From: Promethearchaeota archaeon
Lineage (GTDB): Archaea > Asgardarchaeota > Lokiarchaeia > Sigyniarchaeales > SOKP01
Direction: 5' to 3'
NCBI GenBank assembly: GCA_016839705.1
Contig: JAEOTR010000057.1
Coordinates: 32,001 to 96,000, forward strand
Length of the DNA stretch: 64,000 nucleotides
A program made the translations under genes and the position numbers. Below the pieces are notes generated by a model, which saw nothing but the letters and a program-made list of their open reading frames with translations, had not been told where the DNA came from and searched no databases. This document shows positions 59,693 through 64,000 of this stretch, in pieces (within the stretch, counting starts at the first letter, position 1; each line of letters starts with the position of its first letter).

Positions 59693-60061
59693 TTGGTGAT
59701 GAATAAATTGGTCGATATAGAAAAAGTAAAAAAAATATTTGGGATAATCTGGCTGGTAATTTTAGTAATTTTGTTTATTGCTTATCCATACTTTCCAGGA
59801 GATATATTTTTCTGGATGTGGTTGGCAATAATTTGGGCCATAATTGGCGGAGTAATAGGCACAATATTTTTCATGACTGAAAGTAAAAGAAATGAAAAGA
59901 TAATTGGGATTATTTGGGCAGTTATTTTGGTACTCCTATGGCTTTTTTATCCTTTCTTTCCAGGTAATACTTTAGCATGGATGTGGACTGCAATAATCTG
60001 GAGTATAATTGGGTTTATCATAGCGATAAGTCTTTTTATTTTCAAAAGGATTAAAAAGTAA
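59693..60061 (+). CDS. Small four-TM Trp-rich membrane protein made of two tandem repeats
   Basis: KIFGIIWLVILV..YPYFPGD..WMWLAIIWAIIG and KIIGIIWAVILV..YPFFPGN..WMWTAIIWSIIG. Confidence 0.8.
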   Translation: MVMNKLVDIEKVKKIFGIIWLVILVILFIAYPYFPGDIFFWMWLAIIWAIIGGVIGTIFFMTESKRNEKIIGIIWAVILVLLWLFYPFFPGNTLAWMWTAIIWSIIGFIIAISLFIFKRIKK

Positions 60062-60289
60062 ACAAAATAGAAATGAAAGAATCATAAGAATAAAGTAGAC
60101 CAAAGTTAAATTTTTTTTTATTGTATTATTTATTAATTTCTTTATAAATTAGGATGAGCAATATCTATCTATGGTGTTCTTAACCATAAAATATTTCTTT
60201 CAATAAATTTTTCATATCATATTTGTAATGAATTAGAGAATCTCAATTAACTAAAATGCTTTAACTCCTTTAAATTTATTATCATATAA

Positions 60290-62095
60290 CTAAAATGATC
60301 CGATAGCGTCATAAGTATTCTTTTGTGATTTTCCCCTCTCCCATTCATTCCTAAGGATAAATTTCTGAATAAAATCATTTGCATTTTTTGGTAATTCTTT
60401 TTTAAATTCAATATAACGTGGAACCATAAAATATGCAAGGTTTTGCTTTAAAAAGTCATATAACTCTTTAGGAGTGATTTTAGCCCCTCTTTTAATTGTA
60501 GCACATATTTTTAATTCTTTATCAGTAGAATTTTCATCAATAACCTCAAAAACAGCGCTTCCAATAATAAGGGGATGGGAATTTGCTACTATTTCAATAT
60601 CTATCGCAAAAAATGTATGTTCTCCTCTTATAATCATATCTGATTTCCTTCCTAAGTAATAAATGAAGCCTTCATGATCTGAATAACCAAAATCACCGGT
60701 GTAAAACCATCTTTCCTTTCTTTTTCTCGGTGTCGTTTCATTTTGCAAGTTATAATATTCAAGGTCAAAAGGAAGTCTCAATCTTGCACAAATTTCACCA
60801 ATTTGATTCCGACCAGGAAGTTTTTCAATTCCTTCTGAATCAACGATTTTAACCTCAAATCCTACAGCCGGCTTTCCTATTGATCCGAGTTTTCCTCCTT
60901 TTGAACCTTCAGTATTAATTGTAAGTCCAATACCCTCAACTAGAGACCACATTTCGATAATTTGTGCTCCAAATCGTCTTTCAAAAGTTTCCCACACTTC
61001 TTTTAAGGCACCGGCACCAAAAGCGTATTGAATTGAATGATTTCTATCTACTTGTTTTGGTGGTTGATTTACTAATGCTGTTAAATATGCACCATAATAA
61101 CAAAAACAATTAGGTTTGTAGAGATTGATATCATTCCAAAAAGTTGAAATGTCAAATTTTTCTGCTATTATTATCGATCCATCAAAATATATTACGGGAA
61201 TTATTACAAAATATCGCGCAAATCCTTGAAATAATGGTAATGGACAATATAATTTTATTTTATCGTTATTAAATCCTAATTTTTCCCATCCTCTTCCAAT
61301 ACTAATTCCTGACAGAGTATAATAATTTCTGTACAAAACACCTTTTGGTGTACCCATAGTTCCTGAAGTGTATGAGATTTCAAGAGGATGATAATTATTT
61401 ACATTAATAGTCGTATTTTCTGAATTTTTTGAGAAGAAACTTTCAAAATCCATACTTTTTTCTTCGAATTTATAATCACCTGGAGCATTTCGAATAATTA
61501 TTTTCTTAATATTAGGTAAATTCTCTCTAATCTCTTCAAAATTAGGGTAATATTCATAGTCGATTATTAAAATTTCAGTTTCACTATTTTTCAAGACAAA
61601 TTCTAATAGGTCTTTTTTTAATAAATAGCTAATAGGTACAAAAATACATCCTGCTTTAGCCACACCAAACCAACAAAAAATAGATTCTGGACAATTAGGA
61701 AATATTAAAGAAATTTTCGGATTATTTAATTTTAATTTTTTATTTAATTTTATAAGTGCATGGGCTATTTGATTTGAAATTTGGTTTGTATCTTGATATG
61801 AATACATTTTGTCTTGAAAAAAGATAAATGGCTTATTTTTATTCAATGATGCTTTACTTTCTATTATTTTAGTGATTGTAGCGTCTTTAACTTCATATTC
61901 TTTTGTAAGTTCACTTAAATTATAGATCTTACGAATTTGCATATGCTCTCCTATTAAATCTACCAAGACTTCTTCTTTATCTCTAAAAGGAAAATCAAAA
62001 TCTTTAGAAATTTTACTGGGAATATAAACCCAATAACTATCATATCTACGATTGCCTGATTTCCTTTTTAAAATTCTTCCTTTTCCTGTTTTCAT
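60290..62095 (-). CDS. AbrB/SpoVT-like domain fused to a CaiC-like acyl-CoA ligase (adenylation) domain
   Basis: YTSGTMGTPKGV, YTGDFG, GRKSDMI, LAYFMVPRYIEF; N-terminal YWVYIPSKI.KD.DFPF.D.EEV.V.L....IRK. Confidence 0.85.
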   Translation of the reverse strand: MKTGKGRILKRKSGNRRYDSYWVYIPSKISKDFDFPFRDKEEVLVDLIGEHMQIRKIYNLSELTKEYEVKDATITKIIESKASLNKNKPFIFFQDKMYSYQDTNQISNQIAHALIKLNKKLKLNNPKISLIFPNCPESIFCWFGVAKAGCIFVPISYLLKKDLLEFVLKNSETEILIIDYEYYPNFEEIRENLPNIKKIIIRNAPGDYKFEEKSMDFESFFSKNSENTTINVNNYHPLEISYTSGTMGTPKGVLYRNYYTLSGISIGRGWEKLGFNNDKIKLYCPLPLFQGFARYFVIIPVIYFDGSIIIAEKFDISTFWNDINLYKPNCFCYYGAYLTALVNQPPKQVDRNHSIQYAFGAGALKEVWETFERRFGAQIIEMWSLVEGIGLTINTEGSKGGKLGSIGKPAVGFEVKIVDSEGIEKLPGRNQIGEICARLRLPFDLEYYNLQNETTPRKRKERWFYTGDFGYSDHEGFIYYLGRKSDMIIRGEHTFFAIDIEIVANSHPLIIGSAVFEVIDENSTDKELKICATIKRGAKITPKELYDFLKQNLAYFMVPRYIEFKKELPKNANDFIQKFILRNEWERGKSQKNTYDAIGSF

Positions 62096-62182
62096 TACAG
62101 CTTATTTAACTTACCAATGTGCTATAGTAATTAAAGAATCCTATAGTAAAAAATATGCCACTAATTTAACTTTTCTAAAAAT

Positions 62183-64000
62183 TCACTTTAAAGGTATTTG
62201 ATCATATTCTTGCTTTATCGTAGGAAATTTGTCAAGATTATAGTGTGGAAAATAGAGAGAGAAGGTATATTCGCTCTGAAATATTGGTGATGATGCAATT
62301 TCTCGATATCTAATTTTATAAGCAATTTCATTTGCCAAATATCTTTGCTCGAAATCTTTTATAAATAATTGTGCCCCTACACCCGCTGAATTCCCTATTT
62401 GGAAAATGTTATCTTGATCAACTTCAGGGAATAAACCTATAAAGGCAGCACTTTTTTTATTAATATAAGTTCCAAATCCACCTGCTAGAAGAATCTGCTC
62501 AATATCATTTACGGTTTTGTTTTCCATTTTAAGTAATATATTGGCTGCAGCTAAGAATGCTCCTTTTGCTAATTGAAGCTGATTTATATCCTTCTGAGAA
62601 ATTGTAATTTCCCTAATAATATCTTGATTAGTATCTGTTTGAAAGGATTCATTATCCCATTTTTCACTGTATATAATGTAATGGTATCCATCTTCTTTTT
62701 TCACAACCCTTCGGTGTTTAATTACTTCTTCCAATTTACTATTAAATTTTCCAGCGCGAGTAATAATCTTTGATTTCAACATTTCAGCTACAATATCAAT
62801 AAGTCCCGAACCACATAATCCAAGTGGGGTTTGGTTTCCTATTACATCTATAGAAGGTTCTAATGTTTCTCTATCTATAATTACTGATTCAATTGCACCC
62901 TCTGAGGCTCTCATACCATACGAAATATGAGCACCCTCCAAAGCTGAACCTGCAGCGCATGAACCTGCAACAAGACCTTTCCTATTTCCCATTACAAGTT
63001 CTCCATTAGTCCCAATATCAATCAATAGAGAATATTTTTTGAATGTATTAATTTTAGATGATATAATGCCTCCAATTGTATCTGTTCCTACATAACCTGC
63101 AACCACAGGAGGAGAATATACATTTACATTTGGATTACATTTAATACCAAGAGTACCAGCTCTTAAATTAATTGGAGCTTTAAATACGGGATTGTAAGGT
63201 GAAACTGCCAAAAACTCAGAGGGTATTCCAAAAACCATATGGTGTATTGCTGTATTACCTACAATAGAAATATCTCTTACTTCTGAAATAGAAATGTTTG
63301 CCTTATTACAACAATCCTCGAGTATTTGATTAATAGCATCAATAATTAACTCTTTAGCCATATTAATCGCGTTATTCTTTACGATATGAGTAATTCTTGA
63401 AATTATATCTTCGCCGATCATAATTTGAGGATTCAACAGTGCTGATATAGCCGCAATCTCACCTGTTTTTAAATAAATTAGATATCCAACAATAGTTGTT
63501 GTACCAATATCTAATGCTAATCCAAATAACTTGTCAGATACATTTCCCTCATCAATATCATAAAGTACCCATGGTTCGTCCAAGGACAATTTTCGGAAAA
63601 AGGCTGTTATTTTACCATTTTGATTTCTCAAAATATATGGAAGCTTTTTTATAACCTCATAAAGTGAATCGTTTAAAAAGCATAACATGGTATCATTAAA
63701 TATTTTAAATTTATCGCTTTTTGCTATTACAGCATCTTCTAGACGAGACAAATCATTCTTTGGATTGTTTATATCTGCATTTTTTACTTCAAATAATTGG
63801 GAGGTAATAATAGGTTGAATTTTAATGTTATTATTGATTCCAAGGGATTCTAAATCTGAATCAACTAAAATTCTGGGACCTTTTGGAATTAATGAATCAG
63901 TAAGATATATTCTTAGATCTCCTAAAATTTTTGTTTGACACGTTAACCTGTAACCCTCTGATATTTTTTCATTGCCTAAAATTTTTATTTCTTTCTCGGT
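62183..64000 (-). CDS. ASKHA-ATPase reductive activator of corrinoid proteins (RACo/DUF4445); 5' end beyond the window
   Basis: DIGTTT, NPQ..GEDIISRI, DIGTNGE, AAGSALEG, GLCGSG, LAKGA, LAGGFG; frame stays open to the window end with GYRLTCQ ([2Fe-2S] ferredoxin tail). Confidence 0.93.
   Translation of the reverse strand, partial: TEKEIKILGNEKISEGYRLTCQTKILGDLRIYLTDSLIPKGPRILVDSDLESLGINNNIKIQPIITSQLFEVKNADINNPKNDLSRLEDAVIAKSDKFKIFNDTMLCFLNDSLYEVIKKLPYILRNQNGKITAFFRKLSLDEPWVLYDIDEGNVSDKLFGLALDIGTTTIVGYLIYLKTGEIAAISALLNPQIMIGEDIISRITHIVKNNAINMAKELIIDAINQILEDCCNKANISISEVRDISIVGNTAIHHMVFGIPSEFLAVSPYNPVFKAPINLRAGTLGIKCNPNVNVYSPPVVAGYVGTDTIGGIISSKINTFKKYSLLIDIGTNGELVMGNRKGLVAGSCAAGSALEGAHISYGMRASEGAIESVIIDRETLEPSIDVIGNQTPLGLCGSGLIDIVAEMLKSKIITRAGKFNSKLEEVIKHRRVVKKEDGYHYIIYSEKWDNESFQTDTNQDIIREITISQKDINQLQLAKGAFLAAANILLKMENKTVNDIEQILLAGGFGTYINKKSAAFIGLFPEVDQDNIFQIGNSAGVGAQLFIKDFEQRYLANEIAYKIRYREIASSPIFQSEYTFSLYFPHYNLDKFPTIKQEYDQIPLK

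Noticed and set aside
1880-62773. Many 60-120 aa ORFs antisense to or overlapping long genes (e.g. 1880..2248, 34906..35253, 40142..40447, 58051..58365)
   Set aside because: Shadow ORFs opposite or inside well-supported genes, with no recognisable motifs

Overview
A very AT-rich (about 30% GC by eye), gene-dense archaeal chromosomal segment with no rRNA, tRNA, CRISPR array or recognisable mobile element. The protein style (TFS/RpoM-type zinc ribbons, GRAM- and ubiquitin-like domains, expanded hydrolase/MFS paralogues, BRE/TATA promoters) points to an Asgard archaeon of the Lokiarchaeia type; this is inference. Most genes serve anaerobic peptide, lipid and acyl-CoA metabolism: IorAB plus an ADP-forming acyl-CoA synthetase, acyl-CoA dehydrogenase plus a ferredoxin-fused Etf, a B12-dependent acyl-CoA mutase operon with MeaB, a UroD/MtaA-type methyltransferase, a RACo-type corrinoid activator, PurU, IlvD, GH3, GDPDs and hydrolases. 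There are also an ABC exporter, RNase III, a MoxR-vWA pair and a SWIM-SNF2 pair. Strongest unexplained signals: (1) a ~33-bp operator+BRE/TATA element repeated at identical spacing before three consecutive envelope genes, next to a membrane-anchored double-HTH regulator (48.4-52.3 kb); (2) an AbrB-like DNA-binding domain fused to an acyl-CoA ligase that lacks its catalytic lysine; (3) a 26-aa YxxxTGK..[WF]xGE...KW module shared by two unrelated ATPases; (4) a 76-aa ubiquitin-like protein without di-Gly; (5) an unannotated histone-H1-like gene with an ATA start and a frameshift; (6) an acyl-CoA mutase with atypical specificity residues.
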